Translations under genes and position numbers: made by a program
Shown here: positions 31,624 through 40,801 of the stretch, piece by piece
How positions within the stretch are numbered: position 1 is the first letter of the stretch
Layout of the letters: each line of letters begins with the position of its first letter
From: Actinomycetota bacterium
GTDB taxonomy: Bacteria; Actinomycetota; Thermoleophilia; Gaiellales; F1-60-MAGs149
Length of the DNA: 64,000 nt
Direction: 5' to 3'
NCBI GenBank assembly: GCA_009885805.1
Contig: VFJZ01000050.1
Span: forward strand, 1,471 to 65,470
The notes under the pieces: generated by a model
What the model was told of the DNA's origin: nothing
What the model saw: the letters and a program-made list of their open reading frames with translations, nothing else
Databases searched by the model: none

Positions 31624-32807
31624 GCGGCCCGCTCGCCGGCGTGCGCGTGCTCGACCTCTCGCGCGTCCTCGCCGGGCCCTACTGCACGATGATGCTGGCC
31701 GACCTCGGCGCCACGGTCGTGAAGGTCGAACGGCCCGGGAGCGGCGATCAGTCGCGCGCCTGGGGGCCGCCCTTCGTCGCGGGCGAGTCGACCTACTTCA
31801 TGGCGGCCAATCGCGGCAAGCGCTCGGTCGCGGTCGATGTCGCCGATCCGCGGGGACGTGACGTCGTGATCCGCCTCGCTGCCCGCTCCGACGTGATCGT
31901 CGAGAACTTCCTGCCCGGTGGCGCCGCCCGGCTCGGCCTCGACCGCGCCTCCCTCAGCGGCGACCGGCCGGAGGTCGTCTACTGCTCGATCACCGGGTAC
32001 CCACCGGAGAGCGAGGACGCGCACCGGCCCGGGTTCGACTTCGCGATCCAGGGCGATGCGGGCGGGATGTCGATCACCGGCGAGGCCGACGGCGGTCCGC
32101 TGAAGGTCGGGGTCGCGATCGCCGACATCACGGCCGGGATGTTCGCCGCGAGCGGCATCCTCGCGGTCCTGCTCGAGGCGCGCCAGACCGGCCGCGCCCG
32201 CGCGGTCGCGGTCTCGCTATTCGACGCCCAGCTGGCCTGGCTCGGCAACCGGGCAACGGAGGTCCTCGTCGGGGGCGCCGAGTCGCGGCGATACGGCAAC
32301 GCCCACCCGTCCCTGGTGCCGTACGAGACGTTCGAGACCTCGGACGGCCACGTCAACCTCGCGATCGGCACCGAGGGCCAGTACCGCGCGTTCTGCCAGG
32401 CAGCCGGCGTTCCGGAGCTCGCCGACGATCCGGACTACGCCACGAATCCCGAGCGCGTCCGGAACCGCGAGGCACTCGTCGCGCGGCTGCAGACGCTCTT
32501 CCGCACGCGAACGGTGGCCGACTGGCTCACGCTGTTCGACCGCGCGGGCGTGCCCGGCGGGCGCATCCGCACGATCGCGGAGGCCGCGGCGGCGGCGCCG
32601 TGGGCGATCGTCGAGCACGCGCACCCGACGGCCACCGGCGTCCGGACGTTCCGGTCGCCGATCGCCCTCGACGGCGAGCATCCGACGGCGCTGGCCGCGC
32701 CGCCGCTGCTCGGCCAGCACACGGCGGAGGTGCTCGGCGAACTCGGGTACGACGCCGCCTACGTGGCGGAGCTGCTCGCCGGGCCGTGCCGGCCTGGCAC
32801 GCTATAG
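31620..32807 (+). CDS. CaiB/BaiF family III CoA-transferase
   Basis: GTG start with a GTGA overlap onto the bcp stop. GVRVLDLSRVLAGPYCTMMLADLGATVVKVE. Confidence 0.88.
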   Translation: MSGPLAGVRVLDLSRVLAGPYCTMMLADLGATVVKVERPGSGDQSRAWGPPFVAGESTYFMAANRGKRSVAVDVADPRGRDVVIRLAARSDVIVENFLPGGAARLGLDRASLSGDRPEVVYCSITGYPPESEDAHRPGFDFAIQGDAGGMSITGEADGGPLKVGVAIADITAGMFAASGILAVLLEARQTGRARAVAVSLFDAQLAWLGNRATEVLVGGAESRRYGNAHPSLVPYETFETSDGHVNLAIGTEGQYRAFCQAAGVPELADDPDYATNPERVRNREALVARLQTLFRTRTVADWLTLFDRAGVPGGRIRTIAEAAAAAPWAIVEHAHPTATGVRTFRSPIALDGEHPTALAAPPLLGQHTAEVLGELGYDAAYVAELLAGPCRPGTL

Positions 32808-32809
32808 GC

Positions 32810-34153
32810 GTGCTCGACACCTGGACGCCGACCTCGTGGCGGGATCGTCCCGTCGCCCAGCAGCCCGACTGGCCCGACCAGGCGGCGCTGAACCGGGCGC
32901 TGGAGACGATCGCCGGCTTTCCGCCACTGGTATTCGCCGGCGAGGCGCGGGCCCTGACCCAGGCGCTGGCGCACGCCGCGGAGGGCCGCGCGTTCCTGCT
33001 CCAGGCCGGCGACTGCGCCGAGTCGTTCGACGCCCACGGCGCGCCGCGGATCCGTGAGCAGCTGCGCGTGATCCTGCAGATGTCGGTCGTGCTGACCTAC
33101 TCCTCGGGGGTCCCCACGATCAAGGTCGGCCGCATCGCCGGACAGTTCGCGAAGCCGCGTTCGGCGGCGTTCGAACGGGTCGACGGCGTCGATCTGCCCG
33201 CCTTCCGCGGGCACATCGTGAACGACGCGGCGCCGACGGCCGAGGCCCGGCGGCCCGATCCCGCGCGGCTCGTCCAGGCCTATCACCAGTCCGCGTCGAC
33301 CCTCAACCTGGTGCGAGCCTTCACCAAGGGCGGCTTCGCCGACCTCTCGCGCGTGCACGCCTGGAACCAGGAGTTCGTCGCGACGAGCCGCGAGGGCCGG
33401 CGCTACGAGGTGCTGGCCGAGGAGATCGAGCGGGCGCTCCGCTTCATGCGGGCCTGCGGGATCGACCTCGAGGCGACGCCGCAGCTGCACCAGGTCGATC
33501 TCTACACGAGTCACGAGGCGCTGATCCTCGGCTACGAGCAGGCCCTGACGCGCGTCGACTCGACCAGCGGCGACTGGTACGACTGCTCGGCGCACATGCT
33601 CTGGATCGGCAACCGGTCGCGGCAGCTCGACGGTGCGCACGTCGAGTTCCTCCGCGGCGTCGGGAACCCGATCGGTGTGAAGATCGGCCCGGCGGCGGAG
33701 CCTGACGAGGTGATCGCGCTCTGCGAGGCGCTGAACGCCGATCGCGTGCCCGGCCGCCTCAGCCTGATCGCGCGCCTCGGCGCGGACCTGGTCGAGGACC
33801 GCCTGCGACCGCTGCTGCGAGCGGTGCGCGCGGCCGGCCACCCGGTCGTCTGGGTGTGCGACCCGATGCACGGCAACACGTTCGCGAGCGCCAACGGCAT
33901 CAAGACGCGCCACCTCGACGACGTCCTGCGCGAGATCGGGGGCTTCTTCGCGGCCCACCGCGCCGAGGGGACGCAACCCGGCGGCGTCCACCTCGAGCTG
34001 ACCGGCGAGGACGTGACGGAGTGCCTCGGCGGCGCGGAGGAGATCCTCGACGAGCATCTCACCGACCGCTACGAGTCGGTCCTCGACCCACGGCTGAACG
34101 GTCGCCAGTCGATCGACCTCGCCTTCCGGATTGCCGAACTGCTCCCCCGCTGA
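32810..34153 (+). CDS. class II (plant/actinobacterial type) 3-deoxy-7-phosphoheptulonate synthase
   Basis: GTG start. WRDRPVAQQPDWPD...LLQAGDCAESF...KVGRIAGQFAKPRS. 447 aa. Confidence 0.93.
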   Translation: MLDTWTPTSWRDRPVAQQPDWPDQAALNRALETIAGFPPLVFAGEARALTQALAHAAEGRAFLLQAGDCAESFDAHGAPRIREQLRVILQMSVVLTYSSGVPTIKVGRIAGQFAKPRSAAFERVDGVDLPAFRGHIVNDAAPTAEARRPDPARLVQAYHQSASTLNLVRAFTKGGFADLSRVHAWNQEFVATSREGRRYEVLAEEIERALRFMRACGIDLEATPQLHQVDLYTSHEALILGYEQALTRVDSTSGDWYDCSAHMLWIGNRSRQLDGAHVEFLRGVGNPIGVKIGPAAEPDEVIALCEALNADRVPGRLSLIARLGADLVEDRLRPLLRAVRAAGHPVVWVCDPMHGNTFASANGIKTRHLDDVLREIGGFFAAHRAEGTQPGGVHLELTGEDVTECLGGAEEILDEHLTDRYESVLDPRLNGRQSIDLAFRIAELLPR

Positions 34154-34159
34154 CGCCGG

Positions 34160-34798
34160 CTACTCGACGCCGTGCTGGCGGGCCCAGAGGGCGGCTTGCG
34201 TCCGATCGGTGACCCCGAGTTGCTGGAAGATGCGGGTCAGGTGCGCCTTGACCGTCGCCTCGGAGATACCGAGCCGGATCGCGATCACCTTGTTCGCACG
34301 GCCGGCGCCGACGTGGGCTAGCACCTCCCGCTCCCGCGGCGTCAGGGACGTCGCAGCGGAGGCGTGAGCACGCCGGGTGAGCACGGCGCGCGCGGCGCGC
34401 GGATCGAGCGGCGACCCCCCGACCGCCGCCGCCCGGATCGCCCGGACGACCTCGTCGGAGTCCGCGTCCTTCAGCACGTAGCCGACCGCGCCGGCGTCGA
34501 TCGCCTCGAGCACGCGCGTCCCGTCACTGAAGGAGGTGAGGACGACGATGGCGGCCTCGGGCACGTCGATGCGGATCCGCCGCGTCGCCTCGACGCCGTC
34601 GACGTTCGGCATCGAGAGATCCATGATCACCACGTCCGGCCGAGATTCGACGGCGAGCTCGATCGCCTCGCGACCGTCGGCGGCCTGCGCGACGACATCG
34701 ATCCCGTCGGCCTGCTCCAGCAGTCGGGCCAGCCCTTCGCGGACGATCGCATGATCGTCGCAGAGCAGTACGCGGATCGGGGGTCCTCGGTCGTCCAT
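34160..34798 (-). CDS. NarL/LuxR-family response regulator
   Basis: REC domain (LLCDDHAIVREGL...DVVIMDLSMP) and a LuxR HTH (LTPREREVLAHVGAGRANKVIAIRLGISEATVKAHL). Confidence 0.93.
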   Translation of the reverse strand: MDDRGPPIRVLLCDDHAIVREGLARLLEQADGIDVVAQAADGREAIELAVESRPDVVIMDLSMPNVDGVEATRRIRIDVPEAAIVVLTSFSDGTRVLEAIDAGAVGYVLKDADSDEVVRAIRAAAVGGSPLDPRAARAVLTRRAHASAATSLTPREREVLAHVGAGRANKVIAIRLGISEATVKAHLTRIFQQLGVTDRTQAALWARQHGVE

Positions 34799-34970
34799 CT
34801 GGCGGTACTACGGATACGCACGAGGGCGACGGCCGGATCGGTCGTACGACGGAAGTCCCATGGACTGGCCGACCTCGTTCGAGCGATCATGGGCCATGCC
34901 CTTGTCGGAGCGTACAGGCGAGTCTCGCGGTCGGCTCGATGAGAATCCGAAGTATGAGAGCATCGTCTCG

Positions 34971-36308
34971 ATGGACACCGATCAACTGGAGTTCGCGACC
35001 TCCGACCTGACCGGCCGACGGGAGTCGACCGGCCGTCGCGTCGCGCTGTTCCAGTGGACACTGTCCGTGATCCTGCTGCTGATCGTGATCGGTACGGTAG
35101 GCGCGTACGTCCTGCGCACGGCCGCGACCGAGGAGGCGATCCGCGAGGCCAAGGAACTGACGAAGATCGTCGGGTCGGGCGTGCTCGCGCCGGCGATCAC
35201 GCCGGCCGCCGTGGGCGGCGACGCGGCCGCCCTCGCCGAACTCGACCGGGCCGTTCGCGAGCGCGTGCTGATCGGCCCGATCGTACGGGTCAAGATCTGG
35301 ACCGAGGCCGGCAAGGTCGTCTACTCGGACGAGCGGCGGCTGATCGGCCAGTCGTTCGCGCTCACGGCTGACCAGATCGAGGCGCTCGACCAGGACGCGG
35401 CGATCGCCGAGCTGTCGGACCTGTCGCTCGACGAGAACGACTTCGAGCGCGACCAGGGCCGGCTGCTCGAGGTGTACCTGCCGCTGCGGCTCGCGGACGG
35501 CGAGCGCGTGCTCGTCGAGACGTACCAGCGTGCGAGCGTGATCGACTCGGCGACGAACCGGATCTGGCGCGACTTCGTCCCTGTTCTGCTGGTCGCGCTG
35601 GCGGCGCTCGCGCTCGCGCAGCTCCCACTCGGCCTGTGGCTGGCGCGGCGGGTCCGGGGCGAACACCAGCGACGCCAGGCGCTCGCTCGGCGCGCCGACG
35701 ACGCTACCGCCGAGGAGCGCAGGCGCATCGCCGGCGAGCTGCACGACGGCCCGCTGCAGGATCTCGCTGGTATCGCGTTCGAGTTGTCGGCCGAGGCCGA
35801 GCGCGCTCCGGCGGACGGCGATCTCCAGCGGACGTTGCGTCGCGCCGCCGGCGTCGCGCGCGAGAGCATGCGCGCCCTGCGCACGCTCCTGGTCGACATC
35901 TACCCGAACGACCGCCGCGACGAGGGGATGGACGCCGCCCTCGACTCGCTCGCCCGACCGCTCACGGCGCGCGGCCTCGCCGTCGCGGTGTCGACGCGGC
36001 TCGAGCGCCCGCTCGACACCGAAACGGAGGAGATCGTCTATCGCGCCGCGCAGGAGGCGCTGCGCAACGTCGCCAGGCACGCCGCCGCCCGCACCGTCGA
36101 GGTCGAGTTGTCCTGCAACGGCAGCGGCACCCGGCTCATCGTCGCCGACGACGGCCGCGGGATGACGCCGGCGAATCTCACCGCCCAGCGCAACGCCGGG
36201 CATCTCGGGCTCGCCCTCCTGGCCGAGCGCGTCCAGGGAGCCGGCGGACAGATCACGATCGTTTCCGAACCGGAACGCGGTACGCGCGTGACGGTCGATC
36301 TGCCCTGA
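34971..36308 (+). CDS. sensor histidine kinase (HisKA_3 and HATPase_c)
   Basis: H-box ERRRIAGELHDGPLQDL and ATPase N/G boxes (NVARHA, DDGRGM, GHLGLALL). I chose the ATG at 34971. The track start at 34860 lies in a lower-GC, probably non-coding stretch. Confidence 0.85.
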   Translation: MDTDQLEFATSDLTGRRESTGRRVALFQWTLSVILLLIVIGTVGAYVLRTAATEEAIREAKELTKIVGSGVLAPAITPAAVGGDAAALAELDRAVRERVLIGPIVRVKIWTEAGKVVYSDERRLIGQSFALTADQIEALDQDAAIAELSDLSLDENDFERDQGRLLEVYLPLRLADGERVLVETYQRASVIDSATNRIWRDFVPVLLVALAALALAQLPLGLWLARRVRGEHQRRQALARRADDATAEERRRIAGELHDGPLQDLAGIAFELSAEAERAPADGDLQRTLRRAAGVARESMRALRTLLVDIYPNDRRDEGMDAALDSLARPLTARGLAVAVSTRLERPLDTETEEIVYRAAQEALRNVARHAAARTVEVELSCNGSGTRLIVADDGRGMTPANLTAQRNAGHLGLALLAERVQGAGGQITIVSEPERGTRVTVDLP

Positions 36309-36327
36309 CGGGCGGCGCGGCCGACAG

Positions 36328-36411
36328 TGCGGATGAGAGGACTTGAACCTCCACGCCCTTTCGGGCACACGGACCTGAACCGTGCGCGTCTACCAATTCC
36401 GCCACATCCGC
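36328..36411 (-). tRNA. tRNA-Leu (anticodon CAG)
   Basis: 84 nt: GCGGATG acceptor, anticodon stem CACGG/CCGTG with loop TTCAGGT, long variable arm TGCCCGAAAGGGCG and T-loop GGTTCAAGTCC. CCA is not encoded. Confidence 0.92.
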
Positions 36412-36427
36412 GTGGACGGATCCGATT

Positions 36428-37675
36428 CTATCGCAGCGCGGCCACTGCCTCGCACAGACGCTCGACCTCGCCCGGCGTCGTGTAGTGCAGGAACCCGGCG
36501 CGGACCGCGCCGCCCCGGCTTTCGAGCCCGAGCGCGGTGATCGCGTTGAGCGCGTAGTAGTTGCCGTCCCACACGAAGATGCCCTGCCGGCCGAGTTCGG
36601 CTGCGGCGTCGCGTGGCGTGTGGCCGGCGACGGTGAAGGCGAAGGTCGGCGTCCGCTCCGCGACCCTGGCCGCGTCGGTGATGCCGTAGAGCTGCACGCC
36701 ATCGATCGCGGCGAGGCCCTGCAGCGCCTGCACGGACAGCGCCTCCTCGTGTGCGGCGATCCGCGCGTAGGCCGAGTCGAGTCGGTCCGACCGGGTCGCC
36801 CCGTCGCCGAGCGACGCGAGGTAGCCGACGGCGGCGACGAACCCCGCCAGCGCCTCGTGCGACTGCGTCCCGGTTTCGAAACGATGCCCGGCCGGCGTCT
36901 CGTCGGCCGGCCTCACGCGATCGGCGGGCCACGTCTCCGCCAGGTCGCGACGAATCGCGGCGAGACCGAGGTGCGGGCCGAAGAACTTGTACGGCGAGCA
37001 GAGGACGACGTCGAGTCCTAGTGCGGCCCGATCGATCCGTCCGTGCGGCGCATAGTGGACGGCGTCGGCCCAGGCGAGCGCGCCGACCCGGTGCGCGGCG
37101 GCGGCGATGCGGCGCGCGTCGGGCTTCGAGCCGACGGCATTCGACGCGAGGGTGAAGGCGACGACCCGCGTCCGCTCACCGAGCAACGCCTCCAGCGCAT
37201 CGAGGTCGAGCGTCGCGTCGCCCGCGGCGAGCGGCGCCGTGCGCACGACCAGGCCGTGGTCGGCGGCGACACGCAGCCACGGCGCGACGTTGCCGTCGTG
37301 GTCGAGTTCGGTGACGACGATCTCGTCGCCGGCCCGCAGCGTCCGCGCGACCGCGTGCGCGAGCTGGAAGTTGAGCGTCGTCATGTTCGCGCCGAACGCG
37401 ATCTCGTCCGGCGCCGAGCCGGTGAAGTCGGCGGCGGCAGCCCGGGCGGCGTCGTAGATCGCGTCCGACTCCTCGCTGGTCGCGAACGGGCCGCCGAGGT
37501 TGGCGTTCGAGCCGCGCAGGTAGTCGCCGATCGCATCGATCACCTCGGCCGGGACCTGCGAGCCGCCCGGCCCGTCGAGGTAGGCGGCGGGCTGGCCCGC
37601 GATCGTGCGCGAGAGCGCCGGGAAGCGACCGCGGAGGGCGGTCAGGTCGAGCGGGGATACGGTCGTCGCGGTCAC
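36428..37675 (-). CDS. class V aminotransferase, cysteine desulfurase-like
   Basis: I chose the GTG at 37675. LRGRFPAL...YLDGPGGSQ... and PLP-lysine context SPYKFFGPH. The track ORF extends over the divergent glpX start. Confidence 0.8.
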   Translation of the reverse strand: MTATTVSPLDLTALRGRFPALSRTIAGQPAAYLDGPGGSQVPAEVIDAIGDYLRGSNANLGGPFATSEESDAIYDAARAAAADFTGSAPDEIAFGANMTTLNFQLAHAVARTLRAGDEIVVTELDHDGNVAPWLRVAADHGLVVRTAPLAAGDATLDLDALEALLGERTRVVAFTLASNAVGSKPDARRIAAAAHRVGALAWADAVHYAPHGRIDRAALGLDVVLCSPYKFFGPHLGLAAIRRDLAETWPADRVRPADETPAGHRFETGTQSHEALAGFVAAVGYLASLGDGATRSDRLDSAYARIAAHEEALSVQALQGLAAIDGVQLYGITDAARVAERTPTFAFTVAGHTPRDAAAELGRQGIFVWDGNYYALNAITALGLESRGGAVRAGFLHYTTPGEVERLCEAVAALR

Positions 37676-37706
37676 GCCGCCAGGGTAGCCAACTACGCTA
37701 CGAGGC

Positions 37707-38681
37707 ATGGCGACGACGACTCCCGATCGCAATCTCGCCCTCGAGCTCGTCCGGGTGACCGAGGCGGCCGCCCTCGCGTCGAGCCGCTGGGTCGGGCGCG
37801 GCGACAAGAACGCCGCCGACGCGGCCGCCGTCGACGCGATGCGCCGGACGATGGCGTCGATCGCGATGGACGGCCTGGTCGTGATCGGCGAGGGCGAGAA
37901 GGATGAGGCGCCGATGCTCTACAACGGCGAGCGCATCGGTGACGGGTCGGCACCGGCGGTCGACATCGCCGTCGACCCGCTCGAGGGCACGACGCTGACC
38001 GCGAAGGGGCAGCCGAACGCGCTCTGCGTCGTGGCGCTGTCCGAACGCGGCACGATGTTCGACCCCGGCCCGTGCGTCTACATGGAGAAGCTCGCGGGCG
38101 GTACCGACATCGCCGATCTCCTGTCGCTGACCGACCCGATCGAGGACGTCCTCGATCGCGTCGCGGCCCGGCGCGAGGTGGCGGTCGGCGACCTGCTCGT
38201 CGTGATTCTCGACCGCCCGCGCCACGCCGAACAGATCGCCCGCATCCGCGCGCACGGCGGCCGCATCCGCCTCATCCCCGACGGGGACGTGGCGGGATCG
38301 CTGATGGCGGTCTGGCCCGACACCGGCGTCGACCTGCTGTGGGGCGTCGGCGGCACGCCGGAGGGCGTACTGTCCGCCGCCGCCATCAAGGCGACCGGCG
38401 GCGCGCTGCTCGGGCGGATGTGGCCGCGCGACGACGACGAGCGCGCCCGAACGGTTGCGGCCGGGATCGATCCCGAGCGGATCCTCGCGGCCGACGACCT
38501 CGTCGCCGGCGACAACTGCTTCTTCGCAGCCACCGGCGTCACCAACGGCGACATCCTGCGCGGCGTCCGCTTCACCTCGACGGAGGCGTTCACACAGTCG
38601 ATCGTGATGCGTTCGCGCTCCGGGACGGTGCGCATCGTCGACGGCCGGCACCGCCGCGCGAAGACTCCCGCGGAAACCTGA
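37707..38681 (+). CDS. glpX: class II fructose-1,6-bisphosphatase
   Basis: 324 aa, LELVRVTEAAALASSRWVGRGDKNAADAAAVDAMR... Confidence 0.95.
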   Translation: MATTTPDRNLALELVRVTEAAALASSRWVGRGDKNAADAAAVDAMRRTMASIAMDGLVVIGEGEKDEAPMLYNGERIGDGSAPAVDIAVDPLEGTTLTAKGQPNALCVVALSERGTMFDPGPCVYMEKLAGGTDIADLLSLTDPIEDVLDRVAARREVAVGDLLVVILDRPRHAEQIARIRAHGGRIRLIPDGDVAGSLMAVWPDTGVDLLWGVGGTPEGVLSAAAIKATGGALLGRMWPRDDDERARTVAAGIDPERILAADDLVAGDNCFFAATGVTNGDILRGVRFTSTEAFTQSIVMRSRSGTVRIVDGRHRRAKTPAET

Positions 38682-39286
38682 TGGCGCTCGCCCTCGCCGC
38701 CGCGACGGTCGCGCTGCTCGCGCCGCAGCCAACGATCGTCCAGGACCGCATCCCCTACCCGGCGACGCGCCGCGAGCAGATGGCGGCGTACTCCAGGCGT
38801 CACTACGGCTCCGCCTCCTACCGGCTGAAGCCGAAGGTGATCGTGATCCACTTCACGGCGAACAACTCGTACAGCTCGACGTGGAACACGTTCGCCTCGA
38901 ACGCGCCCGCCCGCGGCGAACGACCCGGCACCTGCACGCACTACGTGATCGCCAAGAACGGCCGCATCTCCCAGCTCGTCCCGCTCTCGCTCCGCTGTCG
39001 CCACGCGATCGGCCTGAACCACGTCGCGGTCGGGATCGAGTTCATCCAGGAGGTCGGCAAGGGACCGCGCTGGGCGGCACAGCAGATCCTCGCGCGACCG
39101 CGCCAGGTGAAGGCCGGGCTGCGGCTCGTGCGCTGGCTGCAGGGCCGCTACGGCATCGCCGCCGCCGACGTCGTGGGCCATGCGACGGCGAACGATCATC
39201 CGCGTTTCCGCGACCTGAAGGGCTGGCGCAACGATCACGCCGACTGGCAGGAACCCGAAATGGCGGCCTTCCGTCGGCGCTTGTAG
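38681..39286 (+). CDS. N-acetylmuramoyl-L-alanine amidase (Amidase_2/PGRP fold), exported
   Basis: Internal ATG overlapping the glpX stop by 1 nt (TGATG). Signal-like N-terminus. VIVIHFTA...THYVIAKNGRISQLV...HAIGLNHVAVGIEF...VVGHA. Confidence 0.75.
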   Translation: MALALAAATVALLAPQPTIVQDRIPYPATRREQMAAYSRRHYGSASYRLKPKVIVIHFTANNSYSSTWNTFASNAPARGERPGTCTHYVIAKNGRISQLVPLSLRCRHAIGLNHVAVGIEFIQEVGKGPRWAAQQILARPRQVKAGLRLVRWLQGRYGIAAADVVGHATANDHPRFRDLKGWRNDHADWQEPEMAAFRRRL

Positions 39287-39318
39287 TGGAACAAAGGGGC
39301 CAGGCCCCTATGTTCCAC
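39286..39318. terminator. bidirectional hairpin between convergent genes
   Basis: gtggaacaaaggggcc-a-ggcccctatgttccac, with 16 of 17 positions paired. It starts at the last base of the amidase TAG and contains the stop (39308..39310) of the minus-strand gene. Confidence 0.6.
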
Positions 39319-39937
39319 GCTTGAAGCGGTTCTCGACTTCCCAGTGATGGCGCCCCGGCCGCGTCGGTCGCTTCCGCCCCGGCGGACGCGGCGTCTCCGA
39401 GCCGACCTCGCGCATGCCGCCATCGTGCTCCTTCGCCTTCGCCGCCTCGGCCTCGCGGATCTCCGAGCGGGGCAGCGCCGGCGGCACCCAGTGCGCCTCG
39501 CGCGGGCGCAGCGGCGTCGTGTCGGGTCGCGTCGGCCGACCGGCCCCGGCACGACCGGAGGCCTTGAGGATCTTCTCGCCATCGGGATTCCGCGCCGCGA
39601 ACTCGACGACGCGCTCGCGGAAGCCGACGCGGGCGATCGCCTGTGCCGCCTCACCGGCGAGCTCGGACACCTCGCAGATCGCGACCATCTCGCGCCCGAC
39701 GCCGTCGTTTACGTGCTCGACCGCCACGACCCTGGCCGTGCCGCGCGCGCCAGCGCCGCCGATGCGAGCCTCGAAGGCGATCTCCTGGCCCGGAGCGGGA
39801 ACCGGCGCGTCGCCGTCGATGTAGAAGGTCAGCCCGGCCGCATCCAGTGACCGCGTCATCGCCGGCACCTGCCGACCGTCGCCGAAGTCGAGGACGAGCG
39901 GCAGGTTCTGACGGGGGGCCATACTACGGTTGATCAT
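39308..39937 (-). CDS. hypothetical protein: possible PilZ-like N-terminal beta-barrel plus a basic disordered tail
   Basis: 209 aa. The N-terminal ~110 aa loosely resemble PilZ, but the RxxxR and DxSxxG motifs are not intact. The C-terminal half is Arg/Pro/Lys-rich. Confidence 0.35.
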   Translation of the reverse strand: MINRSMAPRQNLPLVLDFGDGRQVPAMTRSLDAAGLTFYIDGDAPVPAPGQEIAFEARIGGAGARGTARVVAVEHVNDGVGREMVAICEVSELAGEAAQAIARVGFRERVVEFAARNPDGEKILKASGRAGAGRPTRPDTTPLRPREAHWVPPALPRSEIREAEAAKAKEHDGGMREVGSETPRPPGRKRPTRPGRHHWEVENRFKRGT

Positions 39938-39964
39938 CGGCGCGCGGCGCCGAAGCCTTGACGA

Positions 39965-40801
39965 TCAGCAGATGCCGGGCGCGGCCGCGTCGAGCCCCTT
40001 CCGGAACGCCGCCTGCCGCTGCTCGGATGAGCCGTGCGTCCAGGTCTCTGGATCCATTTGACCCTGCGTCCGCTCCTGGATGCGATCGTCACCGACCGCC
40101 GCGGCCGCGTCGAGCGCGTCGGCGATCTCGTCGTCCGTGACCGACGCGAGAATCCCGGTGGCGACGGCGTTCGCGGCCCAGACACCGGCCAGGCAGTCGG
40201 CCTGCAGCTCCGCCGCGGAGCCGGCGCCGCGGAGACTGCCCTGGAGGTTCTGCACGTGGTGGCCGTACTCGTGGGCCAGGACGTAGGCCTGCGCGAACGG
40301 ACCGGCCGTCGCGCCGAACTGCTCGCGGAGCACGGCCATGAACCCGAGATCGATGTAGATCTGCTGGTCGCGCGGGCAGTAGAAGGGCCCGACGGCACTG
40401 GTCGCAGCGCCACACGCCGTGTCGACGTCGCCGTCGAAGAACACGGTCCGGGTCGGCCGGTAGCCGTCGAGGGACGTCGCCCAGTAGGCCTGGATCGAGT
40501 TGACGTAGCCGATCGCGCGGCAGTCGTCGCGGCGCTCGGCGTCGGCCCCGGTCGTGCACTCGCTCGCCACGTCGACGGGCGGAGAGCCCGGCCCGATCGC
40601 GCTGCCGTCCAGCCCCTCGAGCGCGCCGAGCCCACCGCCGTCGCCGCCGAGCGGGTTGCCGCCGAGCAGGACGACGACGATCACGACGACCAGCGTCGCG
40701 AGGCCACCGCCCGCCACTACCGGCCGGCCGCGGCGGCGGCGCCCGCGCCGGTCGTCAACCTGCGAGGGATCGAGCCGAGCGTCGTCGCGGAAGTCGCTCA
40801 C
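39965..40801 (-). CDS. YpfJ-family neutral zinc metallopeptidase (membrane-anchored)
   Basis: I chose the GTG at 40801 (GTGA overlap with the upstream stop). SQVDDRRG N-terminus, a TM helix and the zinc motif AHEYGHHVQ. Confidence 0.8.
   Translation of the reverse strand: MSDFRDDARLDPSQVDDRRGRRRRGRPVVAGGGLATLVVVIVVVLLGGNPLGGDGGGLGALEGLDGSAIGPGSPPVDVASECTTGADAERRDDCRAIGYVNSIQAYWATSLDGYRPTRTVFFDGDVDTACGAATSAVGPFYCPRDQQIYIDLGFMAVLREQFGATAGPFAQAYVLAHEYGHHVQNLQGSLRGAGSAAELQADCLAGVWAANAVATGILASVTDDEIADALDAAAAVGDDRIQERTQGQMDPETWTHGSSEQRQAAFRKGLDAAAPGIC

Noticed and set aside
34860-34970. Upstream ATG (34860) as the start of the histidine kinase
   Set aside because: The 37 extra codons fall in a lower-GC stretch with poor codon bias that is more likely the divergent promoter region shared with the response-regulator gene. 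The ATG at 34971 precedes the first TM helix at a normal distance. This remains uncertain.
36309-36427. tRNA-Leu as a possible integration hotspot or genomic-island border
   Set aside because: No integrase is present, I saw no direct repeat of the tRNA 3-prime end nearby, and the flanking genes (histidine kinase, class V aminotransferase) have the same GC and codon character as the rest of the window.
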